Part shown: piece by piece, positions 12,761-25,130 of the stretch
How positions within the stretch are numbered: position 1 is the first letter of the stretch
Layout of the letters: the number at the start of each line of letters is the position of its first letter
Assembly (NCBI GenBank): GCA_030390025.1
Contig: CM059425.1
Span: 171,308,001 to 171,372,000 of the forward strand
DNA from: Squalus acanthias
Lineage: Eukaryota
Length of the DNA stretch: 64,000 bases
Direction: 5' to 3'
Made by a program: the position numbers and the translations under genes
The notes under the pieces: model-generated
Seen by the model: the letters and a program-made list of their open reading frames with translations, nothing else
What the model was told of the DNA's origin: nothing
The model's database searches: none

Positions 12761-12929
12761 ATAAATCATGATAATAGCATAAACACTTCATATTTACTCT
12801 GCACAGGAACAACTCCTCAGTGCTGGTTCAGCTCAGGACTCTTGGGAAATGCAACACTCCAACTTTGGAACGTTACACTGTTTAAGGAGAGATGTGATTT
12901 CCCATTATAAATGCTAAAATCTATTGTTA

Positions 12930-13205
12930 GGGACGTGGTAACAGGACACTTAGAAAATCATAAAATGATTGGGCAGTCAACACGGATTTATGAAAGGGAA
13001 ATCATGTTTGACAAATGTGTTAAAAGTTTTTTCAGGTTGCATTTAGCAGGGTAGATATGGGGGAACTAGTGGATGTAGCATATTTGGATTTTCAAAAAGT
13101 ATTCGATAAAGTGCCACACAAGAGGTTATTACACAAAATTAGGGCTCATGGGATGGGGGAATATATTAGCATGGATTGAAGATTGGTTAACGGACAGAAA
13201 ATGAG
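12930..13205 (+). mobile_element. CR1-like RT fragment
   Basis: cagtcaacacggatttatgaaagggaaatcatgtttgac (SQHGFMKGKSCLT) and ttcgataaagtgccacac (FDKVPH). Confidence 0.75.
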
Positions 13206-13949
13206 CTGTGAATTGTAACTGGTTACAAATTGGGATGTATTTATCCAACAAAATAGTTCCCTACCTTTCTTAAGTTTAATTTAGTTTTTGACAGTACACA
13301 GGAAAAGTTCACAAGAAGATGCTTGTAAATTTATCCAGGAGCGTTTTGGTAAAAGAAGCCAAGACTGCTGAACTGAAAACATGTCTATTCCAGCAGGACA
13401 GGAACCAGACTGTTCCAGAGTCTATTTGATCAACCATATTAATGTTTATCATCAGAAGCTTAAATCCAGATATTGATCCAGCTCTCTTTTAAAGAAGTTC
13501 ATCGACACAGGACTAATTGCTTGCGTTGAAAGTCTATTCCACATATCTAGTACACTATGGGAAAAAAAAAATCTTCTGAACTCCAGTCTCACTTGAGGTT
13601 TGTTCACGTTGTATTTATGTCCTCTAGTTCTGTGCTGGCACTAAGTTCAACTAACATATTTGGGTATCTGACTCACACAGAAACCTATTATCATGTCTAA
13701 CAGTATACAAAACAAACTACTGAGAAATAAAACACAGGAAAGTTTGTGTTTGCCCAATACTGTGTAACCCATCCTCTTCTTATCTGCATCATCCATGAGC
13801 ATGCGGTCAGCTTTCAGATGTGTGAGTGGTAAATTCACCTCCTCCTTACCACACTCCATTCCATGACTGCCGCTGTGCTGTGTGATTGACTGATAATTAA
13901 TTTGTGGATTAGCCAGAACATCCTGCAGCGTGACATCGACAAGATGGGG

Positions 13950-14315
13950 GAGCAGGCTCCCTAGGGAGATGGTGGGAGCAGATAGAATTGATTCATTTAA
14001 ATGCAAATTAGATAGCTTTGTTATAGAAAATAATATTTTGGGATACAGTTTGAGTAATTTGGGCATGACGTATGGTAAGTGTAGTTTCCTTGGGAGGAAC
14101 AGTTGACTTTGGACCCATGGCTCCCAAAGCTTTCCACCACTAACCATTTTTTCACTTCATGTCCTGGGTCTGTTGTAGACTAATTGATAGAGATTGATTG
14201 CTATGATTAGACAACAACTCTAGTATCATTGTATCATGCAACTACCAGGATGGTAGAAGGTAAAGTAAATGGACCGTGGTCTTTTTTCATCTAGTAATTC
14301 CTATGTTCCTATGAA
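13950..14315 (+). mobile_element. CR1-like 3' end and UTR
   Basis: Homologous to the split element at 58330-58400 plus 60428-60695; ends in ttcctatgttcctatg tail repeats. Confidence 0.7.
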
Positions 14316-14389
14316 GTGATTAAGTTCCGGTCCCAGCATAAATGTTGTGATTTTATTTCCCTTCCTAGCTGTTCAGTCAGGCTGAAACT

Positions 14390-15140
14390 TGCTGTGTCCG
14401 ATTTAACTCTGAGCTGAGTTTCAAACTCCACATTAAGTCCATCACCTGCCTATGTGCCGAACTCACTCCATCCCCATCAACACCCTCAACTATGCTTTCA
14501 TCACCTCAAGGCTTGATTTATTTAAAACTCTCCTCAGCACCACCCTGCAGCTCCAATTGATCCAGAGCTCTGCAGCTCATATCCTTTTCTGTATTAAGTC
14601 CCAAACACCTATCACCCATGTCATTGATTTTAAATGGCTCCCCATTCCTCAGCATCTTGATTTTAAAATCCTCATATCCTTATTCAGATCCCTTCATAAC
14701 CTCATTCCACTATACTTTTACAATCTTCTCAATGTTCTTCAACCTCCATTCTAGGATGTGAAAAAAAGACTTACATTTATATAGAGCCTTTCATGACCTC
14801 AGGTACTCCCAAAGCATTTTACAGCCAATGGAAGTACTTTTGAAGTGTAGTCATTGTTGTAATGTGCCCTCCATTCTTCTGACTCTGACCTTCTGTGTCT
14901 GTCCTCCTCCTTCTACTGCACCATCAGTTCTAGACTCCAGCCACCACAGCCCAACCCTGGAATTTTCTTTCAAAATTATTCTGTATTGTCACCTCTCACT
15001 CTCTACTTTCAACAACCTCCTCAAAACCTACCTGGTGCATTTGGTTACCTCCCATAACTGCTCTCTCACTTCCTGTTAGTGTCCTCTGACCCATTGTTTG
15101 CTGGTTGTTACATGAAAAATGCTATATAAATATAGGTTGT
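14390..15140 (+). mobile_element. Degraded L2-like 3' region with a SINE tail inserted at about 14765-14865 (minus)
   Basis: AFITSRLD...LQLIQSSAAHIL...WLPIPQHLDFKIL and a gctatataaat tail. The insert gacttacatttatatagagcctttcatgacc is an inverted DeuSINE tail. Confidence 0.65.
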
Positions 15141-15419
15141 TGTTTATCGGGGTCAGAACCAGGCACTCGTATAACCTGGATTCAGTGGTTGGGTCACACA
15201 GGCAAGCAGTTTCTGGTGAAGCTCACACCAACTGGAGGAAGAATCGTACAATGTGTATCCATGCTGTTGTCAGGGGAATGGTGGCAATGTTCTCATATTT
15301 TTTATGTTGAAATGTTGTCTTCACTATGTGGCTTGTGCGGAGTTCCTGGTGTCTGCTATCTACCTAGTGAGGTAAGTTGTGCTTACCAGTTGTCTAATGA
15401 CCAACTGGTGACTTTATTT

Positions 15420-15558
15420 TTTTATTTGTTCCTGGGATGTGGGTGTCGCTGGCAAGGCCTGCATTTTTTTGCCCATCCCCTAATTACCCTTGAACCGCTG
15501 CAGTCCGCATGGTGAAAGTACTCCCATAGTGCTGTTAGGGAAGGAGTTCCAGGATTTT
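15420..15558 (-). mobile_element. Short inverted 3' end of the 26515-29696 LINE family
   Basis: gggatgtgggtgtcgctggcaaggcc...gcccatcccctaatt...ttgaaccgctgcagtc is the reverse complement of about 29525-29690, with a deletion. Confidence 0.8.
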
Positions 15559-15981
15559 CTTTTGGCAGGGTGGGGGGAGTAAGTGGGGTCTCTTTGGATT
15601 CAAAGAGGTAGGTCTGATGATTGGAACCAAGTTGATCCTTTGTGGCAGAGTTGCTAATCTGAGTTTGTTGTTCTCCAGGGCACTGTTGATGATTGACCAG
15701 CAGCCTGATGCACTGACTTTTCCTGGAAGGACAGATTTGTCACGAGAGCTTATTCTTCCCACTGGCTCCAAATAACCTTGCACTGCTCTACTGGATAAGA
15801 TGGTCCTTGCTGGATAGGCAACAGAAGGCTTACCTGTGCTCACTGCCTCGAAGCTATGCAGTTTTAACTCCAGCAGTTCCTTGTGCATACATGGGGTCCC
15901 TTGGCTGTTATCAACTTGCGCCTAATTCTTTGGTTGTGCTCTACAGTGGTGGGCTACACAAACAATGTAGATGAATCTATT

Positions 15982-16725
15982 GGGCCGAAAATTGATCCCG
16001 GGACGCGAGAGTACACACTGCGTACTCTCGCGTATTCCCACTCCAATTGCCGGTTTTCTGCATGCCCTGCGCATGCGCTGAAAACCGGCAATTGCTCTTC
16101 TGAAAAGGGGGCGGGTCCTGGGTGCATCGCGTGCGCGCTACAGGCTGCGCGCACGCTGTGCACTTCATGCTTTGGACGCGCAGGTAAGTAGGGAAGATTT
16201 TGGAAATGTAAAAAGGAGGAGTAAGACCCGCTTTTAAGAAGGTAAGTAGTGAATTAAGTATTTTTTTGATTTTTTTTTTACAGGTATATCTTTTTTAGAG
16301 ACTTTAAAGACAGGTAAGTTTATTTTTATAACTTTTTAAAAGATTTTAAATTTTTTCAAAAATTTAATTTTTTATTTAAAATGGTTAATTTAATTAACTA
16401 TACTTATTTTATTAATGTGATGGGTTTTTTTTTAAATTTAATTGAGGTTTAGCTGTTATTTTGGGGGGGTGTAAGATTCATAGATTTCACAGCCATGCTG
16501 TGAGACTTATGAATGGAAGATGGTGTGCTGCCATTGGCTCTAACCGAGTCACGTGATCCCACAGCTCGCACGAATTCACTACGCCGCTGGGATACGCAAG
16601 CCCAGCACAGCTGATGTCTGGAACATCAAGTTCGTGCGAGCTGGATCTGAAAAAGCATAAGCGAGGTGAGACATCGCGGGGAAGGCTTACCCCCGCGGGA
16701 ACAGAGCGAGATCAATTTCTGGGCC
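15982..16725. mobile_element. Harbinger-type MITE, family A
   Basis: Termini gggccgaaaattgatc and gatcaatttctgggcc. GC-rich arms flank an AT-rich core; collinear with 58401-59163. Confidence 0.85.
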
Positions 16726-17756
16726 GTGTCTCTTAGCTGGATCATGTTAAAAAATTGCCAGGCAAACATTTTTTTTCTTAACAGTTAATTATAGGTGGGA
16801 CTCGTGCTACTCTGTAAGGCTGGCATTTTGAAGGATGAGCTGACTGCAACAGCATCGTCAAACCTCTTACATCTTATCTCCTTTCCTGTACAATATGTAA
16901 TAGAGTGATCAGACACATTAAGCTCACGATCACATCTGTCACCATACCAGACATGGAAGAGGCAGATAGGTCTGGCTGGGTTAAGTGATGCCACACCAAT
17001 ATTTATTTTTAAAAATCATTTGCAGAGAGATGAGCATCCATTGAGCTCACTTAAATACATTGCTCAAAACACTAATACCTTAGAACACCATTTTAACTGA
17101 AATGGAAAAGCACCATGTTTCTAATAAAGCTTAATTAAATATATAATAAATTAGTATAATACACAAATTCTACAGACTTTTTCCACACCTCTTTAAATTA
17201 ATTCATAAGATTTACTTTCTTTTAAAACAAAAACCTAAAACTTCAAATTCCAAAAGCATTCTGGAAGTTATCAGATTATTTTTAATTTATAATAAAATTT
17301 CAATATTTACAAGATCACAAAATTCCATATTTGGTCATTTCAACCAACACTTTTTTTCTATTAAAGGTGCCTCGTAAATCTTCGAAAAATCCATACATAA
17401 CCTTAAACAAGTCACGAACGATCTATTACAAGTCAAAGCAGGGGAAAGGATGTACACAAATTCCTATTTCTTGGAAAATCTGCTCTAATTGATATATCTT
17501 TATGGTTGTAGCTGTTGCTGGACAGGAGCACTATTGCCCTCTAATCTAATCATACAAAAATACACAATAATCTTTTGTAAGTGATCAGATAGCCAGATAT
17601 TTGTTACATAACCATAAGGATCACTTCAAACACCTCTTCAATTAGTCTGACAGGGTCCTATCATTTATAGTCCCTGAAAGAACATTTTACCAGCTCAGCA
17701 GTTTCCACACAATAGTCAGGAATTTAGAAAACCCCAGCTCCAATTTCTAACACATT

Positions 17757-18494
17757 GGCCCGTATTTTCTGGTGCCTACGGGTGTGTATGCGCGAAGTTC
17801 TGGGTTGTTGCACTGGAAGCGCATGCACGAAAACCCTGAACTTGCGATCTGTCAAGAATCTTCTTCACAGATCGTAGCCATCCCTGGGAAATGGACATCC
17901 GCGGGCGGAAAGTTGGGCTATTTGCCCAACTACTGCCCAGCGAATACCTGTGGAATTCTTACGCCTGGTAAAAGCAGGCATAAGGGCTGCTTTTACCAGC
18001 GCAAGAGTTTATATGAATATAAAAATATTTTTTTTCCAATTATTTAAACATTAAAACACCTGTAAAATAAGTTAAGGTTATTTTTAGCCCCTTTAAAACA
18101 TTTAAATTTATTTTTCAAAAAATTAAATTTTTGTTTTAAGTGTTTAATTAAATTGTATTTTAAATATGTAATTTTTAAAATTTATTTATTTAGTATGTAA
18201 ATGTGTTTTTTTATATGATCCCCATTCATGCTTATGAGGTTTCCGTACATACGGAACCCCCATAAGTATGAATGGGGATCCCCCTTCTTTCATTGGTTGG
18301 GCCGGCCCACATGATCCCAGGGGTGCTTGTGAACCGCCTGTGCCCCTGGGATACGTGGGCCTCTGTGCAAGTCTACGCATAGAGGCCCAGGAGCGCGAGT
18401 CTCCGTGGATCCAGGACCATCAGGTAGGTGCATAGATTTTTTGTTGGTTGGAGGCATCGGCCCGCGGGAAGCCTCTGACCGCAAATTCAGGCCC
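17757..18494. mobile_element. Harbinger-type MITE, family A-related subfamily
   Basis: Termini ggcccgtattttctggt and accgcaaattcaggccc. Shares gcgcatgc, the AT-rich core and cattgg...atgatcccagggg...ccctgggatacg with family A, and the agttggg...ttgccca...actgcccagc block with 44967-45634. Confidence 0.8.
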
Positions 18495-19759
18495 TTTATG
18501 TTTTTAAATCACCAAGCTGCTGCAAAATGTACCCGAGTGGAGGTTCTGCTTCCCTGTACACTCTCTCCTTGTAGGAATAAACCACACTTACCCAAGTTCA
18601 AACAGCTTAAGTGCAGGTTGTCAGGAGTCCAGGCTTAGGGGCTGCCAAGTATGCACAGGGGTATTTCTGGACTTCAACAAGCTAAAACCACACAGCCTAT
18701 GGACACAGAGCACTGGTAAGCTTCCTGCTTGGTGCTGCTAGGAGTCCTTAGCTGAGGTACATCTCAAGTGGTGGTTTTCCAGTAGTCCTCTTGTTACTTG
18801 GATGGAAAAAGTACAGACATAATGAGGTCGACAGCTAAACTTTAGACAACAGTTTGTGGACACAAGTATTGGAAACCTAGCTGAGAAAAGTACTTCCATA
18901 TAAAAACTGATTATGTTCATGAGCAATAGTTTTGGATTTATGTTGGTAATTATCTTTCAGCTACTTGTTCCAAATAAACATAGAGAGTTGTATTTTGGTG
19001 GGTTTGGGAGAGCAGCCCTAGAGAAAGCCACTGCTTGGTTCTGTGGTCCTTGATCTAAAATTAGTGGGTACTCCTACACTCTGCCATTAAGGGAGCTTAT
19101 ATACTTCACATTGTCCTCGCTTAAATCACATCAGTATTTTTAATGTACAAGAGGTGAGACGTCCAGCGTTAGTGGAGCAGAAGGTACGTGCGAAGATTAA
19201 AGGCAGGAGCAGTTGCTGGACTTTCTCTGATTCAAAGGTTAGTGACGACTGCCTGCCACGTGACTCTGCCACTAACCTGCTGGCTTTTTATTCCGGGGCT
19301 CTCATTGTCAAAGTAGAGTGGTTTTGGAGCAATAATAGTGCTTCACATTGGCTTGCACCACTGGCCGGGAGAGAAATAGAGTGTTGTTGCATTATCAGTG
19401 TCTGAGCAGAAAGAAGCACAAGTGTAGGAATGTCTCAAGGAGACTGGGGGTGGAATCAGCAACAGGAAGATCTCTGAAATTGGTGAAGTGCTCACGCCAC
19501 TCACAAGCCTTTAACATTGTCTTCTCTCCTTCCAAAGGAAAGACTGGCCCATAACAAGCACTAGAGAAATGTAACCGAGGTGGAGGAACACGATCACTGA
19601 AAATGCCAAGTCCACATGGACAGGTAACGCTGAAAATCATTAGTAGAGGGACAGGAGAGTCTGTGGGAGATGATGAGGTTGGAGGCAAAGTGGTAAGGGA
19701 ACATTGTTAAAATCTAGGAAATGCTCATCATAGACAGTGCCAACAACAAAACGTGACAA

Positions 19760-22105
19760 AACAGATATTAAGACCTACAAAAAAGGAGTATGAAAAGAAA
19801 CTTGCAAAGATATCAAAATCAACACAATTTTTTTTTACAATTATATTAGGAAAAAGAGGGTAGTCAGGAGTAATGTGGGCCCCTTGAAAACTGATAACGG
19901 TGATATTATAAATGAATATAAGGAAATGGCGGACATGTTGAATAATTACTTTGCGTCAGTATTTATAGTAGAGGAAGAGGATTGCATGCCAGACATCCCA
20001 AGGAAACTAATATTGAATCAGGGACGGGGACTCACCAAAATTAACGTAAGCAAAATAACAGCAATGAAGAAAATAATGGCACTAAAGAGTGACAAATCCC
20101 GAGGACCAGATGGTTTCCATCCCAGGGTTTTAAAGGAAGTAGGTGAGAACATTGCAGATGCCCTAACTATAATCTTCCAAAGTTCTCTCGATTCAGGAAC
20201 CATTCCTTTAGATTGGAAAATTGCACGTCACTCCGCTATTTAAGAAAGGTGAGAAGGGGGAAATCAGGGAATTATAAACCAGTTAGCCTAACATCTTTGG
20301 TTGGGAAATTACTAGAGTCTATAATTAAGGATGGAGTGACTGAACACCTTGAAAATTTTCAGCTGATGAGAGAGAGCCAGCATGGATTTGTAAAGGGTAG
20401 TTCATGCCTGACGAACCTGATTGAATTTTTTAAGAAGTGACTAATGCATATGGATGTTATTTATATGGACTTCTAGAAAGCATTCGATAAAGTCTCTCAT
20501 AAAAGAGAATGTTAGCTAAAGTTGAAGCTCATGGAATTGAAGGCAAGTTATTGACCTGGTTAGGAAATTGGCTGAGCGGCAGGAGACAGAGAGTAGAAAT
20601 AATGGGCAGGTACTCTAATTGGCAGGATGTGACTAGTGGTGTTCCACAGGGATCTGTGTTGGGGCCTCAACTATTCACCGTATTTATTAACGACTTAGAG
20701 GATGGGATAGCGAGCCACATATCCAAGTTTGCCGATGGCACAAAGCTAGGTGGCATTGTAAGCAGTGCAGATGGAAGCATAAAATTACAAAGAGATATTA
20801 ATAGAATGGTCAAAACTGTGGCAAATGGATTTCAATGTTGCCAAATGTGAGGTCATCCACTTTGGACCTAAAAAGGGCAGATCAGAGTACTTTCTAAATG
20901 GTGAAAAGCTAGAAACAGTGGCGGTCCAAAGAGACCTGGGATCCATGTACATAGATGGGCAGGTACAGAAAATAATTAAAAAGGCTAATGGAATGCTGGG
21001 CTTTATATTTAGAGGACTAGAATACATGGGGGTAGAAGTTATGCTACAGCTATACAAAGCCCTGATTAGACCACACCTGGAGTAATTAGGAAGGATATAT
21101 TGGCCTTGGAGGGAGTGCAACATAGATTTACTAGAATGATACCTGGACTCCAAGGGTTAAATTACTAGGCGAGATTACACAAACTAGGGTTGTATTCCCT
21201 GGAATTTAGAAGGTTAAGGGGTGATTTAATCAAAGTTTTCAAGATATTAAGGGGAAGTGATAGGATAGATAGAGAGAAACTGTTTCCCCTGGATGGGAAG
21301 TCTAGGACTACGGGACATAGAATCATAGAATGGTTACAGCCCAGAAGGGGGCCATTTGGCCCGTCGATCCTGTGCCGGCTCTCTGCAAGAGCACTTCAGC
21401 TAGTCCCACTCCCCCACGCTTTCCCCGTAATCCTGCAAAAAATTTTCCTTCAGGTACTTATCCAATTCCCTTTTGAAAGCCACAATTGAGTTTGCCTCCA
21501 CCACCCTTTCAGGCAGTGCATTCCAGATCCTAACCACGTAAAAAAGTTTTTCCTCATGTCGCCTTTGGTTCTGTTACCAATCACCTTAAATCTGTGTCCT
21601 CTGGTGCTCGACCCTTCCTCTAATGGGAACAGTTTCTCTCTATCTACTGTGTCTAGACCCATCAAATCTCCTCTCAACCTTCTCTGCTCCAAGGAGAACA
21701 ACCCCAGCTTCTCCAGTCTATCCACATAACTGAAGTCCCTCATCCTTGGAATGATTCTTGTAAATTTTTTCTGCACTCTCTCTAAGGCCTTCACATCCTT
21801 CCTAAAGTGCGGCCCCAACATAGCCTAAAAATTAGAGCTAGATCTTTCAGGAGTGAAGTTAAGAAACATTTCTACACGCAATGGGTGGTAGAAGTTTGGA
21901 ACTCTCTTCCACAAATGGCAGTTGATGCGATGTCAATTGTTAATTTTAAATCTGAGATTGATAGATTTTTGTTAACCAAATGTATTAAGGAATATGGGGC
22001 AAATGTGGGTATATGGAGTTAGGTCACAGATGAGCCATGATCTCACTGAATGGTGGAACAGGCTCGAGGGGGCTAAATGGCCTACTCCTGTTCCTATGTT
22101 TCTAT
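19760..22105 (+). mobile_element. 5'-truncated CR1-like LINE (about 1.8 kb) hosting a nested insertion
   Basis: [51 protein letters not shown] and YKALIRPHLE; ends in cctactcctgttcctatgtt. Confidence 0.92.
21321..21817 (-). mobile_element. CR1-like 3' fragment nested antisense in 19760-22105
   Basis: ORF 21450-21821 PHFRKDVKALERVQKKFTR...; flanked by the direct repeat acatag (21315-21320 and 21818-21823). Confidence 0.88.
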
Positions 22106-22724
22106 TATGGAGACTAATAATATCGCAGAGATGGAAGTAAGCTGTCTTTTTTAAACAGATCGGATGTGGGGGAAAGAGTTGAGCAGTAGACCATGGTCAT
22201 GTACTTCCTGACTCATCTCGAGATGGCAGGTAGCATTGTTGATGAAATCCAGGCCAGAAAATGGAGGTGCTGCCGTGAGCCAAAGAGGATGGGTTTGGTC
22301 TTGTTAACATTCAACTGGAGGAAGTTTTGGCTCAGCCAGATCTTGATATCAGTCAGGTAATTTGAAAATGTGGCAACAACCTTTGGAGGTTGCAGCAAGG
22401 TTGAGTTGAGTGTTGTCAGCATGCATATGTTGGTTGACACGGTGCTATAAGGTTACCAAGGGGTAGCATGTAGACAGTAAAGGCAAAGGGGGCAAGGACT
22501 GATCCCTGGAGTACACCAAAGATGACCATGCAAACAGAGAAGGAGAAGCTGCTGGCAGCAATAAAGTGCCCAAATTGAATTAGGTAAGAGTGGAACCAGA
22601 AGAGAGCAGTGCCTTGGAGGTGGGCTGTAGAGGAGAAATGTTGAAAAAGGGTGAAATTGTCAATGTTATCAAAGGCAGCAGCGAGACATAGAGTAGTGTT
22701 GTCACCTGGTGTCTCACACTTCAC

Positions 22725-23947
22725 AAGTGAGCAAGAGTAGATGGTGGAGACAGGGTCGGCAGTGAAGAGTCCTCACCGGAGAGTGCAGGACGCTCCCAGC
22801 TCTGCTCAGCTGGATGCAGATGCTGAACCTCAGGGGCCGTCAACAAAGAGGTGGATCTTGGAGGAGCAGCAACAAATGCTCGAGGCTTTGGCAGCTTTTC
22901 CAGCCGCGATGTGTGCGACTGTACAGAGAATGGAGGAGTCCATATCCAGCATGAGCACCACTATCTCGCAGGCGATGGTGCCGATGTGCTGGTCCATGGA
23001 AAGGATGGCCACCTGCATGGAGCAGCTAATGTGCCAGTCGAACGAGAACATGCTTGCTGTGAACAACAGATTGCAGACTCTAATTGACCTCATCTCGAGG
23101 AGGGATACCAACATAGACTTGGGCATTCATCACCCCACTGCTGTGCAGCAAGGTGCTCTCCAACTCCTTGCTAGCAGGGAAGTGCGGGTGGCCCATGAGA
23201 GGGATGATGGTGACAGGGAACATGGAAGTGGGGGCTCTTCTCAAAGGGCTCCCATTTCTCTACCATTGCCTCCCACTCAGTCAGAGCCCCACATGCTGCC
23301 TCGGATCGTGATGGCAGAGTCTGCCCCTGCACAGTCGGAGGAGGAGCAGTCTTTGGCGGGGCCCTCAAAGGCCCTAAAAGCCAGAGGACATCTGCCAAAC
23401 GTGTCAAAGCAGTCAGAGCAGGGAAGTTAGCAACCTGCTTCTACCTCTGCTGAAGCCAAAGGGGTTGCACCTCCAATGAGCACTCGGAAAAGAAAAAAGA
23501 CACAATTGTAGATGCACAAGGGTGTTTGTCAAAATGTTAGTGTTAACTTTCAGTTCTCTTTATGACGCACATAAATTTATATCTTTGCACTACTTTCCCA
23601 TCTTGTCCATTTTTGCCTGCTACCTGGGAAGTGACCTTGTCACCTGGAGTGAATGTTGAGACATTACTTAACATCCAGCAATGTGTGTTTGATTGACAGA
23701 AATGGATTGGTCATTTTAGGACTGCTTGGTGTTGTTGGTGGGGGCATGGTTGGGAAGTTGGTACAGCATCTGGGAGCCAGATAGGTGCACTGGTGCAACC
23801 TTAGGTAATCGGGCCATTATGGTGCCCCAGTTAAATGCGGAAGTCGGCGGGATGACAGCAGGTTCCCGACACGCTGTCAATTTCAGCGCTTTTAACTGCT
23901 AATCCGCTCCCAAACCCGCAAGCTCTGCAATGTAAAAATTCCAGCCT
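22725..23947 (+). mobile_element. PIF/Harbinger-like fragment with the C-terminal part of the accessory (Myb-partner) ORF and one terminus
   Basis: Ends in aaaattccagcc, the same TIR type as the MITEs. Contains a 229-aa ORF with a helical Met/Gln-rich middle; a basic RKRKK motif follows the stop. The assignment rests on recalled resemblance to Harbinger accessory-protein tails. Confidence 0.55.
22741..23430 (+). pseudogene. 229-aa open frame, probable remnant of a transposon accessory protein
   Basis: Longest non-LINE ORF in the window. The frame continues past the TAG as QPASTSAEAKGVAPPMSTRKRKKTQL*, which suggests a premature stop. Confidence 0.5.
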
Positions 23948-24619
23948 CTGGATGAAGAGGAATGGAAGGTTTGAGATTGGGTAGTAAGTGGAGAGAGTGG
24001 AGGGGTTTACTGTGGGTTTCTTGCGGAGGGAAGAGATAACCTTGAAGGAGGTGGGGTTAATGCCAGATGAGAGAGACTGGTGAATGATGTCAGCAAGCAT
24101 GGGGCGAGCGGGTCAATTTAGGTGCTTGGGAATGTGGGGGAGGGGGGGGTGGGGGGGGAGATGAATCACGGGAGCAGTTGATAGGCTGCATGCATCAAAT
24201 GACTGAGGTCAAGGATGAACAAGTGATGGGGAGAAACGGCAAAGAATAGGAGTTGAAAGAGCATTGTTAATTGGAGGGCAGATAGGAATTTGGGGACTGG
24301 GAGTAGCCAGAGGAAGCAGTGGCTGAAAAGCAATCGCTTTGATTTTGAATAAAAGAAATTGTGGAGTCCTTGTTTATTGAGTCTGAGGTTAAAATGGGGC
24401 TGAGATGGGCAGAGGTCCGAGGAGAAAGCTAATGATTGACAGAAGGAATTTGGAGTTGTTTCTGCTCTGCAGGATGATCTTTGAGTAGTAAACAGTTTTG
24501 GCAAGAGACAAAGAGAGCTGTTGACAGCCAGGCCAAGTGAGCGCAATGAGTTTGAACTTATGGCCGCTGAGGTGGATGTTATACCAGGGAGAGCAGTACA
24601 AGAGTTTACCAAGCAACCT

Positions 24620-25130
24620 TGATGAAAGAGAGTTGACGTTTCAGGTCGATGACCTTTCATCAGAACTGGGAAGAGCTGGAAATCAAATAGATTTAAGGCC
24701 AGGGTAAAGCTGGGAAAAGGGGGAGGGGATAAAGGAACAAAGGAGGAGATGAAGAGACATTAAGAGATATGCAAGGCTAGAGGTGGTGTTAATGTGACAG
24801 ATTAAGGCTGAATGAAGTGTGAAATCCACTGGCAGAATGAAGGACAGCTGCCAGCTTCTAGGAGGAAAAAAAAGGTGGGGGGGACAAATAAAAGGGTGGA
24901 TAAAATAAAATATAAATGTGATTGGAGCTGAGGTTATGATCTAAAATTGTTGAACTCGATATTGAGTCCAGAGGGCTGTAGCGTGCCTAAACGAAAGATG
25001 AGGTGCTGTTCCTCGAGCTTACGCTGAGCTTCCGTGGAACAGTGTAATAGGCCGAGGACGGTGAGGTCAGAGTGGGAGTGAAGCGGTGAATTAAAGTGAC
25101 AGGCCACCGGGAGCTCGGGGTCCCCCATAC
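24620..25130 (-). mobile_element. Penelope-like retroelement 3' fragment (C-terminus of GIY-YIG endonuclease and tail)
   Basis: PELPVACHFNSPLHSHSDLTVLGLLHCSTEAQRKLEEQHLIFRLGTLQPSGLN matches the PLE pattern VA.HF...H...R...E...I..L.TL.P.GLN. A pyrimidine-rich tail and a hammerhead motif follow. Confidence 0.85.
24631..24667 (-). ncRNA. Minimal type I hammerhead ribozyme motif
   Basis: The minus strand reads AGUU-CUGAUGA-AAGGUC-AUC-GACCU-GAAAC-GUC-AACU. It has core boxes CUGAUGA and GAAA, stem II AGGUC/GACCU, stem I AGUU/AACU, a palindromic ACGU stem III and a GUC cleavage triplet. Confidence 0.8.

Larger units (their letters stand above)
22110..24620 (-). mobile_element. Old L2-like LINE in two parts (about 22110-22725 and 23950-24620), split by a Harbinger fragment
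   Basis: AAFDNID, GVLQGSVLAP and WLSQNFLQLNVNKT on one side; YYPISNLPFL and YYSKIILQSRNNSKFLLS on the other. Confidence 0.7.

Noticed and set aside
13647..14147. 166-aa ORF on the minus strand
   Set aside because: It spans an antisense CR1 3' UTR and unique sequence, with no protein motif.
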